A stretch of DNA of 64,000 bases from an uncultured Bacteroidaceae bacterium (GTDB lineage: Bacteria > Bacteroidota > Bacteroidia > Bacteroidales > Bacteroidaceae), in the NCBI GenBank assembly GCA_905235525.1, contig CAJOLW010000025.1:3452-67451 (forward strand), given 5' to 3'. Shown here piece by piece: positions 36,354 through 46,500 of this stretch. The first letter of the stretch is position 1, and each line of letters opens with the position of its first letter. The notes beneath the pieces were generated by a model, which did not search any database, was not told the DNA's origin, and saw nothing but the letters and a program-made list of their open reading frames with translations. Made by a program: the position numbers and the translations under genes.

Positions 36354-38099
36354 TTAGAGTTTGGAGAAGGTTTGGACTTGCTGCATGATACGTAGGAAGT
36401 TGCCTCCCCAAATCATCTGTATCTGTTCTTCGGTGTAGCGTTCACGAAGTAAATGACGAGTGAAATTGATGAGTTCGCTGGCTGAAGCACAACCACGTAT
36501 ACCGCCGTCACCGTCAAAGTCGGTGCCGATGCCTACGTGTTCGATACCCATGATGTTGACCATGTGGTTGAGGTGCTCAATGGCATCGAGGATGGTGGCT
36601 TCGGTCTGCTTTTTCAGGAATCCGTGGTAGAGTGTCACCTGTGCCACACCGCCAGCCTTGGCGAGGGCACGCATCTGCTCGTCGGTGAGGTTGCGTGGAT
36701 GGTCGCACAGGGCACGTGCGGAGGAATGGCTACATACAATGGGGGTCTTGCTGATTTGCAAGGCATCGTAGAAACTCTCCTCACCTGCATGACTAAGGTC
36801 AACCATCATACCCACTCGGTTCATCTCCTCAATCACTTGTTTACCGAACTTGCTCACGCCACCATGTTCGTGGTTGCCACGTGCAGAGTCGCAGATGTCA
36901 TTGTCGCCGTTGTGGCAGAGGGTCATATACACCACGCCGCGCTTGCGGAAGGCTTCCACATTGCGAATGTCCTTGCCAATGGCGTAACCGTTCTCAATGC
37001 CGAGCATGATAGCACGTTTGCCATCCTTCTTTAATTGCCATAGATCATCTGGGGTATAAGCAATATCAACGGCTGTACAGTTTTTCGCCACCATCTCCTC
37101 AATTTGGGTGAGGATTTGGTTTGCCTTGGCTGTGGCATTTTCAAGGGAAGCCTCGTCACGTTCCTTTTGTTCGAGATAAGCCACCATGATGCTGGCATCG
37201 AGGTGACCTTCGGTCATCTTGTGGAGGTCAACGAGTATCTTGGAGTCTCTTGATGCGAAATTGATGCCCTGTGGGAAGAACATGGGGGTGTCGCAGTGGC
37301 TGTCGAGGGTGAGGATTTTGCTGTGCAATTTCTTTGCCTGTTTGAACTCGGCACTCTCGCTGATAAGCCATTCGAAGATGGGCAGCATCTCCTTGCTGTT
37401 GCGGAGGATGTAGGTTTCGGGGTGCCATTGTACACCCATGATGGACTTGAATTCATCACTCTCGATGGCCTCAATCACACCATCGGAACTCATGGCAGTG
37501 ACTTTCAATCCAGGAGCAGCCGACTTGCAAGCCTGATGATGGAAGGAGTTAACAGCCAACTCTGTACCAAAGAGTTTTTCGAGAATGGAACCCTTCGAAA
37601 TGATCACTTGATGGGATGGATAACGGCGGTCTTGGTCTTGGCTGTGCTTGATGCGGATGCCTTCCATCTGTGTGTGGATATCTTGGTAGAGTGTTCCTCC
37701 AAGGGCGGCATTGATGACTTGGATGCCTTTGCAGATGCCCAGCATGGGAATCTGACGGTCATACGCCAAACGAGCCAGCAGCAACTCTTGTTGGTCACGC
37801 TCAGGGGTGATGCTGTGGAGTTCCTTGATAGGCTCTTCGCCTAATAGTAAGGGATTGATGTCGCCCCCACCGCTGAAGATGATGCCATCCAAGCGGTCGA
37901 GTAGTTCTCCCAGATGGTCTGTCTCATAGAAAGGAGGGATGATGAAGGGGATGCCTCCCGCCTTCAAGACAGACTGGTAGTAGCCTTCTGCCAATGTGCA
38001 AGTCTCTTGATTGTAGTTACCTGTGATGCCAATGACAGGAAGTGTCTCCTTGGTGCTGAAAGTGCTGTTGAGACTTTCGTAGATGCCTTGCCAATTCAT
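36354..38099 (-). CDS. fusion protein: class-I glutamine amidotransferase / peptidase C26 domain + M19 membrane dipeptidase domain
   Basis: 581 aa. The N-terminal half has GICKGIQVINAALGG, FHHQA and GVQWHPE. The C-terminal half has LDSHCDTP, MTLCHNGDNDICDSA, VDLSHAGEESF, VCSHSSARALCDHPRNLTDEQ and GIGTDFDGDGG. Confidence 0.85.
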   Translation of the reverse strand: MNWQGIYESLNSTFSTKETLPVIGITGNYNQETCTLAEGYYQSVLKAGGIPFIIPPFYETDHLGELLDRLDGIIFSGGGDINPLLLGEEPIKELHSITPERDQQELLLARLAYDRQIPMLGICKGIQVINAALGGTLYQDIHTQMEGIRIKHSQDQDRRYPSHQVIISKGSILEKLFGTELAVNSFHHQACKSAAPGLKVTAMSSDGVIEAIESDEFKSIMGVQWHPETYILRNSKEMLPIFEWLISESAEFKQAKKLHSKILTLDSHCDTPMFFPQGINFASRDSKILVDLHKMTEGHLDASIMVAYLEQKERDEASLENATAKANQILTQIEEMVAKNCTAVDIAYTPDDLWQLKKDGKRAIMLGIENGYAIGKDIRNVEAFRKRGVVYMTLCHNGDNDICDSARGNHEHGGVSKFGKQVIEEMNRVGMMVDLSHAGEESFYDALQISKTPIVCSHSSARALCDHPRNLTDEQMRALAKAGGVAQVTLYHGFLKKQTEATILDAIEHLNHMVNIMGIEHVGIGTDFDGDGGIRGCASASELINFTRHLLRERYTEEQIQMIWGGNFLRIMQQVQTFSKL

Positions 38100-38177
38100 A
38101 AGTGCGCTGCGCTAAGTGATAAATGAAAAATGAGGAATTGAATCTCTAATCTTTCTAAACCCTAACCCATAAACTTC

Positions 38178-40238
38178 TTATTTCTTTTTCTTCTTCTTGA
38201 AGTTCTCGTAGAAGGGTTGTGACTCTACTTGTCCCTCGAAGAACTTAGCCCATTCGGCAGCACCTTTGGGTCCACGAGCCTCGGTGTAGCCTTGTTCTTC
38301 ACGAGAAGGTTTGGCTGCTGCGCCGCGAATGACACCACTGCCTTTCTTGTTCCTCTTCTCATTTCTCTTTTCGCCGTGGAAACGATTGTCTTCCCTTTCA
38401 TGGCGGTTATCACGGCGATTGGTGCGTTCACCTCTCACCGAGCGAAAACCGCCCCTTTCCTTGCCTCCACGTTTCTTCTCCCCACTCCGCTGTCCTTCGG
38501 GTTGATCTGTCACTTCCACATTCACCTTTCTGCCGTCGAAGTCAGTACCATTGAGCACATTCAGCACGGTTTTGGTCTGTCCCTCAGGAACCTCAAAGAA
38601 GGAGAAGTTCTGCATCAGGTCGATGCGTCCGAGGTCGATGTGCTGTCCCTGTGCTACACGGTTGATGAAACCCATGAAGACTTTAGGGTTGATGCCGTCC
38701 TTCTTGCCGAGATTGATGAAGAGACGAGTGTAACCTGCTTCAGCGGTACGACTACGTTCTCCACCCCGACCCCGACGTTCTCCACGTCCACGCTTCTCTC
38801 CGAATCCTTCAGCCTTGTCGCCACGACGGTCGCCCTTCTCTGATGGCTGGATGATTTCGGGGGCATTCTTGTAATAGTTGAGGAAGGTGTTGAATTCCAT
38901 TGACACCATGCGTTTGATGAGGTCTTCCTTCTCCATCATGTCAAACTTGCGATACACTTCAGGAAGGAACGGAGCAATCTCCTCTTCATCCACCTCGACC
39001 TTCTCAATGTCGTCAATCACCTTATAGAGTTGCTTGGCACAGATTTCCTGACCTGTTGGCAGGATGCCAGGAAACTTCTTCTGAATCTGCTGTTCGATGG
39101 CACGCACCTTGCCCTTCTCCTTCACATGGATGATGGAGATGGAAGTGCCAGAGCGTCCTGCACGACCTGTACGGCCCGAACGGTGGGTGTAACTCTCGAT
39201 GTCATCAGGCAATCCATAGTTGATGACATGGGTGAGTTCATCCACATCCAAGCCACGGGCAGCCACGTCAGTCGCCACCAGCAACTGCACCCGATGCTGA
39301 CGGAACTTCTGCATCGTCAGGTCACGTTGTGCCTGTGAGAGTTCCCCGTGCAAGGATTCAGCATTGTAGCCGTCCTTAATCAGTTTGTCAGCAATCTCCT
39401 GTGTCTCCATACGGGTGCGGCAGAAGATGATGGCGTATATCTCTGGGTAATAGTCAGCCACGCGCTTCAGGGCATTGTACTTGTCACGTGCACTGACCAT
39501 ATAGTAGATGTGGTTTACATGTTCAGCACCCTCGTTGCGGCTTCCCACTACAATCTCCTTGGCATCGTGCAGGTAGTTCTTGGAGATGCGTTCAATCTCC
39601 TTGCTCATGGTGGCAGAGAAGAGCAGGGTGTTGCGTTCGGCCGGCACTCCTGCGAGGATGGTGTCAATGCTCTCCGAAAAGCCCATGTTGAGCATTTCGT
39701 CAGCCTCATCCAGCACCACATTCTCCACAGTGCCAAGTTTAGCCACCCCACGTTCCATCAAATCGACCAAACGTCCTGGTGTGGCAACGATGACCTGCAC
39801 CCCTTTCTTCAATGCACGAATCTGTGGTTCGATGCTGGCACCGCCATAAACAGCCAGCACGTGCAGTCCATCAATATATTTGGAGTAATCTTTCAGATCA
39901 TCTGTGATTTGCAGACACAACTCACGCGTAGGTGCCATGATGACCGCCTGCACTTCGTTGCGGCTGGTGTCAATCTTCTGCAACACGGGCAGACCGTAGG
40001 CAGCAGTCTTTCCTGTGCCTGTCTGAGCCAGTGCCACCACGTCATTATTGTGTCCCAACAGATAGGGAATCACCTTCTCCTGCACAGGCATGGGCGCTTC
40101 ATACCCCATCTCCCGGATGGCTCGGAGAATCTCTCCCGACACACCCAGTTCCTCAAACGTCGATTCCACTTTAGGCATTCCGTTTTCCTGCATTTCTTGA
40201 CTCTCCTGAGTCTCCATATATTCCTTAGTTTCTTCCAT
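38178..40238 (-). CDS. DEAD-box ATP-dependent RNA helicase with DbpA-like RNA-binding domain and RG-rich basic tail
   Basis: Q-motif FEELGVSGEILRAIREMGYEAPMPVQ, then AQTGTGKTAAYGLP, LDEADEML, SAT and HRSGRTGRAG. The C-terminal tail is RGGERSR... and ends KKKKK. The start is 40238 or 40217; the track start 40361 overlaps pfkB. Confidence 0.9.
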   Translation of the reverse strand: MEETKEYMETQESQEMQENGMPKVESTFEELGVSGEILRAIREMGYEAPMPVQEKVIPYLLGHNNDVVALAQTGTGKTAAYGLPVLQKIDTSRNEVQAVIMAPTRELCLQITDDLKDYSKYIDGLHVLAVYGGASIEPQIRALKKGVQVIVATPGRLVDLMERGVAKLGTVENVVLDEADEMLNMGFSESIDTILAGVPAERNTLLFSATMSKEIERISKNYLHDAKEIVVGSRNEGAEHVNHIYYMVSARDKYNALKRVADYYPEIYAIIFCRTRMETQEIADKLIKDGYNAESLHGELSQAQRDLTMQKFRQHRVQLLVATDVAARGLDVDELTHVINYGLPDDIESYTHRSGRTGRAGRSGTSISIIHVKEKGKVRAIEQQIQKKFPGILPTGQEICAKQLYKVIDDIEKVEVDEEEIAPFLPEVYRKFDMMEKEDLIKRMVSMEFNTFLNYYKNAPEIIQPSEKGDRRGDKAEGFGEKRGRGERRGRGGERSRTAEAGYTRLFINLGKKDGINPKVFMGFINRVAQGQHIDLGRIDLMQNFSFFEVPEGQTKTVLNVLNGTDFDGRKVNVEVTDQPEGQRSGEKKRGGKERGGFRSVRGERTNRRDNRHEREDNRFHGEKRNEKRNKKGSGVIRGAAAKPSREEQGYTEARGPKGAAEWAKFFEGQVESQPFYENFKKKKKK

Positions 40239-41151
40239 AATTCTTTGCAAATTCTTTACTGATTGAGTTGTTGAGGCTCTGACACACTTCGGCTGCAAAT
40301 GCCATGCCATGAGCAATGATATTGTTCCACTGTTCCTCAGTGATAGAGGCAATGCCATCACGGCTAATGCCCTCTTTCAGCAAGCCAAACACAATGCCTG
40401 CATTGAAATTGTCTCCTGCACCGATGGTGGAAACTGTTTCTATTTTGTTGACCCGATATTTCTTTGTCACACTTGGCGAGAAAAGACAGATGTCCCCCTC
40501 AGCATCAGTGCACAGCATCTGCTTGCAGTGATAAGCCACCTCTTGCTTGTACACCTTCTCAGGGTCTGAGAAATTGAACATATTCTGAAAATCCTCCGTA
40601 GAGCCACGCACAATGCTGGCATACTCAAAGTTCTCCAGAATGGACGACCGCAACTTGATGGCTTCCGATGCATGAGAAGAGCGGAAATTGATGTCATAAT
40701 AAATCAGAGCCTCCTGCTTTGAAGCATAATCCAGAAACTCCTTCACCTTGTTGCGCAGGATGGGGTTCAGCACAAAATACGAGCCCATCATCACAATGTC
40801 ATCCTTGTTCACTTCTGGCCATTCCACATCGAGCCTTGCATTGGGGTAGTCCTTATAGAAAGTGTAGTCAGCATCGTTGCGTTCATTCAGATACGCCAAC
40901 GAGATGGCGGTGCGTCCATCCTTATACATGCACACATAATCGCTGCTCACGCCATTCTCTTCCATAAATGCTTTGATCGTCTTCCCTACGCGGTCATTCC
41001 CCGTTTCGGTGATCATAGTGACAGGCAAGCCCATCCTTCCCAAAGAGATGAGTCCATTGAATGTAGAACCTCCAGGCACAGCAGCAGTGGGCTGCTCGTT
41101 CTTGAAAATGATGTCAAGAATCGTCTCTCCTATTCCTATTACTTTTCTCAT
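40225..41151 (-). CDS. PfkB-family carbohydrate kinase (fructokinase-like)
   Basis: 308 aa with IGETILDIIF, GGSTFNG and a C-terminal GAGDNFNAGIVFG motif. Confidence 0.85.
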   Translation of the reverse strand: MRKVIGIGETILDIIFKNEQPTAAVPGGSTFNGLISLGRMGLPVTMITETGNDRVGKTIKAFMEENGVSSDYVCMYKDGRTAISLAYLNERNDADYTFYKDYPNARLDVEWPEVNKDDIVMMGSYFVLNPILRNKVKEFLDYASKQEALIYYDINFRSSHASEAIKLRSSILENFEYASIVRGSTEDFQNMFNFSDPEKVYKQEVAYHCKQMLCTDAEGDICLFSPSVTKKYRVNKIETVSTIGAGDNFNAGIVFGLLKEGISRDGIASITEEQWNNIIAHGMAFAAEVCQSLNNSISKEFAKNYGRN

Positions 41152-42401
41152 GAGTTAAAAATCAATGTTGTTAATCCTTCCTCATCAAACATCTCCCGTG
41201 CCACCTGCTGCAAAAGTTGTGGTGTCACTTTCTTCAGATGCTCTATCGTATCGTTCATCCCCTCAAACTTATTGTAGTGCAGATAAGACTTCGCCATGTC
41301 GAGCGCATAGTTCTCGAAGTTGTCGCAAGCCACACCTATCTGTCCTTTCATCTGTTTCAACGCCGCCTGAAACTGCCTTTCTGTCAAAGGCTCATTCATC
41401 AGTTTGTCCAATTCCCTCCTCACAATCCTCAGGCACCTCTCCACGTCTTCCTCATCACAACCGAAGTAAATCGCCCAAGTGGAAGTGTCCGTGTAATTCG
41501 TCAGGGAACTCTCCACCGTATAGACAAGCCCCCTGTGTTCTCTCAATGCAATGTTCAAGCGGGAATTCATGCCAGGACCCCCCAAGATGTTGTTGAGGAA
41601 ATAGAGCGCAATCCGCTTGTCATCCTTCGAACCATATCCAGCCCTGCCTATCATCACATGGGCTTGATGCGTACTCCGATTTTCCGTGAAAATGCCAGCG
41701 TGAGGCTTCACCAGTTCTTCCTGAATCTCCAGTTTCTCCTGAATCTCCAGTTTTCTCCTTTCCATCCCTTTCACCTGCTTCTCCACCATCCTCTTCACCT
41801 GTTCAAACTTCACGTCGCCAAACACAAAAAACACCATCTTCTCGGGGCGATAGAGCCTTCTCACAAACCTGAGCGCATTTTCCGTTTTGAATCTCCTCAC
41901 ATTCTCCGCCGTTCCCAAGATGTCATGCCCAAGGCTGTTCCCCTCATAGATGAGGTCTTCAAAACGGTCAAAGATGAGGTCAGAAGGCGTGTCGTTGTAA
42001 CTCTCTATCTCATCCACAATCACCTCACACTCCTTGTCCATCTCATGCTGAGGAAAGGTGCTGTGAAACACGATGTCGAAAATCAGTTCTGCAGCACGTT
42101 CCAAATGCTCCTTCATGAAGGCAGCATACACCACCGTCTCCTCCTTGTTCGTGTAAGCATTCAAGTCGCCACCCACAGCCTCCATCCTGTTGATGATGTG
42201 CCACGCCCTTCGCTTCTTCGTTCCCTTGAACATCATGTGCTCGCAGAAGTGCGCCATGCCTTCCTCGCCATCCAGTTCGTCACGTGTGCCCGCATCAATG
42301 CTGATACCACAATACGCCACATTTGTCGGCGATGGTATTTGAATCAGCCGCAACCCGTTCTCAAACGTATGAGTTCTTGCCACTTCAGCCATTGTTCTCA
42401 T
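41148..42401 (-). CDS. M16 (insulinase/pitrilysin) family zinc peptidase
   Basis: HxxEH motif in GMAHFCEHMMFKGT. The start at 42401 gives a TGATG overlap with the upstream chrA stop; ATG 42392 is an alternative. Confidence 0.85.
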   Translation of the reverse strand: MRTMAEVARTHTFENGLRLIQIPSPTNVAYCGISIDAGTRDELDGEEGMAHFCEHMMFKGTKKRRAWHIINRMEAVGGDLNAYTNKEETVVYAAFMKEHLERAAELIFDIVFHSTFPQHEMDKECEVIVDEIESYNDTPSDLIFDRFEDLIYEGNSLGHDILGTAENVRRFKTENALRFVRRLYRPEKMVFFVFGDVKFEQVKRMVEKQVKGMERRKLEIQEKLEIQEELVKPHAGIFTENRSTHQAHVMIGRAGYGSKDDKRIALYFLNNILGGPGMNSRLNIALREHRGLVYTVESSLTNYTDTSTWAIYFGCDEEDVERCLRIVRRELDKLMNEPLTERQFQAALKQMKGQIGVACDNFENYALDMAKSYLHYNKFEGMNDTIEHLKKVTPQLLQQVAREMFDEEGLTTLIFNS

Positions 42402-42973
42402 CAATAAATCAGCAATCCTGCCAATCCGCACAACAGAATCATGATGATGGGATGCACTTTATACAGTCTCGTTCCCACAAAAGCCAAGAGGAAGATGGTA
42501 ATGCTGACTATAAACACAAACGGCGATTCCGAAGGGTCGCCAAAGTTCTCCTTCGACATCAGCATGATAGCAGCCGCTGCAATCAATCCCACAATGACAG
42601 GTCTCAATGTGGCAAACACACTCGTCACCGTCTTTGAGTCACGGTGTTTGATAAGATACTTACTGACGCACACCATCAGAATGAATGGTAACCAAATCAC
42701 ACTCAACGATGCCAACACAGCACCTAACACTGCTGCCCATGTGGGATAACCTGCATGAATCACAGCCGTATAGCCCGTGTAAGTGGCACAGTTGATGCCG
42801 ATAGGTCCTGGAGTTGATTGGCTGATGGCTACAATATCCGTGAATTCGTTGATCGTCATCCAATGATGCTTGTTCACCACTTCATCCTGAATGAGTGACA
42901 GCATCGCATAGCCACCTCCAAAATTGAAGATGCCTATCTTTGAGAAGACGTAAAATAATTCCAAGAATATCAT
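42401..42973 (-). CDS. chrA: chromate transporter family protein (C-terminal-half homologue)
   Basis: Start placed at MIFLELFYVFSKIGIFNFGGGYAMLSLI. ATGA overlap with the upstream half-gene. Confidence 0.8.
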   Translation of the reverse strand: MIFLELFYVFSKIGIFNFGGGYAMLSLIQDEVVNKHHWMTINEFTDIVAISQSTPGPIGINCATYTGYTAVIHAGYPTWAAVLGAVLASLSVIWLPFILMVCVSKYLIKHRDSKTVTSVFATLRPVIVGLIAAAAIMLMSKENFGDPSESPFVFIVSITIFLLAFVGTRLYKVHPIIMILLCGLAGLLIY

Positions 42974-43503
42974 TGTTTGAGTTTTCCGTATAAGAATCCA
43001 CCAATGCCTGCGATCAGGATGCACCAAATGGGTGACACGCCAAAAGCAGAGATTAACACTGCCGCCACCACAGGAATCCACCAGTTAAACTTGTTGAGTT
43101 TCGCCTTCTTTGCCATGCCAAAACATGGTGCAAGAATCAGCGCCACCACACAAGGACGTACACCCATGAACACTTTCTCCACATAGACATTTTCCTTGAA
43201 CGTCTGAAAGAACAGGGCTATAAGCAGGATTGCCACAATGGAAGGCAAGGCTGTGGCAATGGCTCCCACAATCCCCCCTCCTGTTCCCTTCAACTTCATG
43301 CCGATGTGAGATGCCATATCTATGGCAAAGATGCCAGGAGTGCTCTGTGCCACCACCAGCATATCCATAAATTCTTCATGGTCAAGCCAGTGCTTTCTAT
43401 CTACCACTTCCCTTTCCATCATCTGCACCATGGCGAAGCCTCCCCCGATGGTGAAACTGCCAATCTTGGCAAATGTGAGAAATATCTGTGTGTAGGTGCT
43501 CAT
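42970..43503 (-). CDS. chrA: chromate transporter family protein (N-terminal-half homologue)
   Basis: Start placed at MSTYTQIFLTFAKIGSFTIGGGFAMV. The ATG overlaps the purL stop (ATGA). Confidence 0.8.
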   Translation of the reverse strand: MSTYTQIFLTFAKIGSFTIGGGFAMVQMMEREVVDRKHWLDHEEFMDMLVVAQSTPGIFAIDMASHIGMKLKGTGGGIVGAIATALPSIVAILLIALFFQTFKENVYVEKVFMGVRPCVVALILAPCFGMAKKAKLNKFNWWIPVVAAVLISAFGVSPIWCILIAGIGGFLYGKLKQ

Positions 43504-46500
43504 TTCCCCATCTTCTTTTCCACCCACTTTCTGGCATTGACAAATGCTTCAATCCAAGGGGTTACCTCGTCTGCCTTGCGGTCGGCAGGATAGTTAGCCT
43601 GTTGCCAAGGGAAGATGGCGCGCTCCAAGTGAGGCATCATCGCCAAGTGGCGACCATCAGCCGAAGCGATACCAGCCACGTCGTAAGTGGAGCCGTTCGG
43701 GTTGCCTGGATAGCCAGAGTAGTTATATTTCGCTACGATGTTGTAGTCCTTCTCGGCCTTTGGCAGACGGAAGTTACCCTCTCCGTGAGCCACCCACAAG
43801 CCGAGTTTGCTGCCGCTCAATGAACCGAACATCACCGACTTGTTCTCTGGTATTTGCAGCGTGATGAACTCACTCTCAAACTTATGGCTCACGTTGTGAA
43901 GCATCTGTGCATAGTCCTTTGCGTCAGTCACAGCGTGGTTATTGTTGATGAGACCCAGTTCCACCATCAACTGGCATCCGTTGCAGATACCCAGCGACAA
44001 CGTGTCCTCCCTTGCATAGAAAGCATCGAGTGCAGCCTTTGCTTTCGGGTTGAAGAGGAAGGCTCCTGCCCATCCCTTGGCACTACCGAGCACGTCGGAG
44101 TTGGAGAAGCCGCCACAGAAAACAATCATGTTGATGTCTTCCAATGTCTCACGACCGCTCACAAGATCGGTCATCATCACGTCTTTCACATCAAAGCCTG
44201 CCAGATAGAGCGAGTAAGCCATTTCGCGTTCACCGTTCGTACCCTTCTCACGAATGATGGCAGCCTTGATACCTGTACGCTCACGGCGGTCAGCGCTGAT
44301 GCCATATTGCGTCAACTTTCCTGTGAAGGAGGCTGGGAACTTATGCTCGATAGGTTGGTTCTTATAGTTCTCAAAACGTTGCTTCGCCATGCCGTTGAAA
44401 GACTGCTTGGTGTCGAGGCGGTAAGAAGTGCTGTACCAGATGTCACGCAGTTTGTCAATGTCGAAGTAGCGGTTGCGACCTCCCTTCTTCACCACAATCT
44501 GACGCTCCTCGATGGGCTGACCAATTTCCACAAAGCCAACACCAGCCTTGTTCAGTAGGTTTTCCACCGCACGCTTGTCGGTATTCTTCACCTGAATGAC
44601 CACACCTGGATTCTCTGCAAAGAGCAATTTCACAGGGTCTTTCTCCTCCAAACCGTTGAGGTTGGCCTTGATGCCGCCTTTCTGATTGGCAAAAGTCATC
44701 TCCAGCAAGGTGGTGATGAGACCACCGGCACTGATGTCGTGACCTGCCAAAATGAGCCCTTCCTTCACCAGTTCCTGCACAGCCAAGAAGGCATCGCGGA
44801 AATATTCAGGATTCTTCACCGTAGGCACATCGCTACCCACCTTGCCAAGACTTTGAGCAAAGGCTGAACCACCCAGTTTCAAGGTGTCGAAAGAGAAGTC
44901 GATGTGATAGAGTGCCGTGTTCTTGTCGTTGACCAGCACGGGGCTAACCACCTTCTTCACATCGCTCACCTCGCCGCCCGACGACACAATCACAGTGCCC
45001 GGAGAGACAATTTTGCTGCCGTCAGGATATTTCTGCGTCATGGAGAGTGAATCCTTGCCTGTCGGCACATTCACCTGCAAGGCACAGCAGAAGTCGCTCA
45101 ATGCCTGCACACCCTCGTAGAGACGGGCGTCCTCACCCTTCTGCGAACGGCAGGGCCACATCCAGTTGGCGGAGAGACTTACGGAGTCAAGACCTTCTGC
45201 TAAGGGTGCCCAAACAAGGTTGGTCAATGATTCAGCCACCGACAGCACACTACCTGCTTTGGGGTCAGCCAGTCCTGCCTGTGGCGCATGACCGATGGCG
45301 GTGGCAATACCCTTCTCGCCACGATAATCCAAAGCCACTACACCGCAGTCGCTCAAAGGCAACTGAATCTCGCCTTGACATTGCTGACGGGCAATCTTAC
45401 CAGTCACCGAACGGTCCACCTTGTTGGTCAACCAGTCCTTACAAGCCACTGCTTCCAACTGCAACACATTCTCCAGATAAATCTCTATTTCGTTATAAGA
45501 ATAGGATACATCCTCATACTTCCTCACCACCGTCTCATCATGCATGTACGTCTTGGGAGAGTGACCAAACATCTGTGCCACATCCAAGTCGAAGGGACGC
45601 ACACCGTCACCCTGCTCGAAAGCAAAGTGGGCATCGCCCGTCGTTTCGCCCACCACATACAGCGGTGCACGTTCACGCTCTGCAATCTGACGCACATGTT
45701 CGATGTGCTTTTCATCGATGAGCAGACCCATGCGCTCCTGACTCTCGTTGGCAATGATTTCCTTCGAAGAAAGAGTCTGGTCACCAATAGGCAGTTTGGT
45801 CATGTCAATGAGACCGCCACACTCCTCTACCAACTCGGACAGACAGTTCACATGACCTGCCGAACCGTGGTCGTGAATGCTCACCACGGGGTTCACCTCC
45901 TCTTCGCAGAGAGCACGAACCAAGTTGTTGGCACGTTTCTGCATCTCAGGGTTGGCACGCTGCACGGCATTCAACTCGATGCCCGACGAGTAGCGACCCG
46001 TATCCACCGAAGACACACTGCCACCACCCAGACCGATGCGGTAGTTGTCACCACCCACCACAACAATCTTGTTGCCTTTCTCAGGAGTGCCCTTCAGGCA
46101 GTCGCGCTTGGTGCCATAACCTACACCACCTGCCAGCATGATGACCTTGTCGTAACCATATTCCTCAGTTGTGTCGCCCTGCTGTTCAGCATGCTCAAAA
46201 GTGAGCACCGAACCACAGATGAGTGGCTGGCCAAACTTGTTGCCGAAGTCACTCGCACCGTTCGACGCCTTGATGAGAATCTGCTCAGGAGTTTGATACA
46301 GCCACTTGCGCACAGGCAGAATCTCTTCCCAAGGACGGATGTCACCCTCCTTGTCCGACTTTGTCCATTTCGCATAACTGTGCGGTTGACTGGGCGCCAC
46401 CCCATTGCGTGGGTAACTGGTCATATACACAGCCGTTCCAGCGATAGGCCATGAGCCTACACCGCCACCCATACGGTCGCGGATTTCACCACCCGTACCC

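Noticed and set aside
39348-46454. Long plus-strand ORFs (39348-40262, 41217-42407, 45288-46454 and others) opposite the helicase, M16 peptidase and purL
   Set aside because: All lie antisense to genes with strong family signatures and have biased, motif-free translations.
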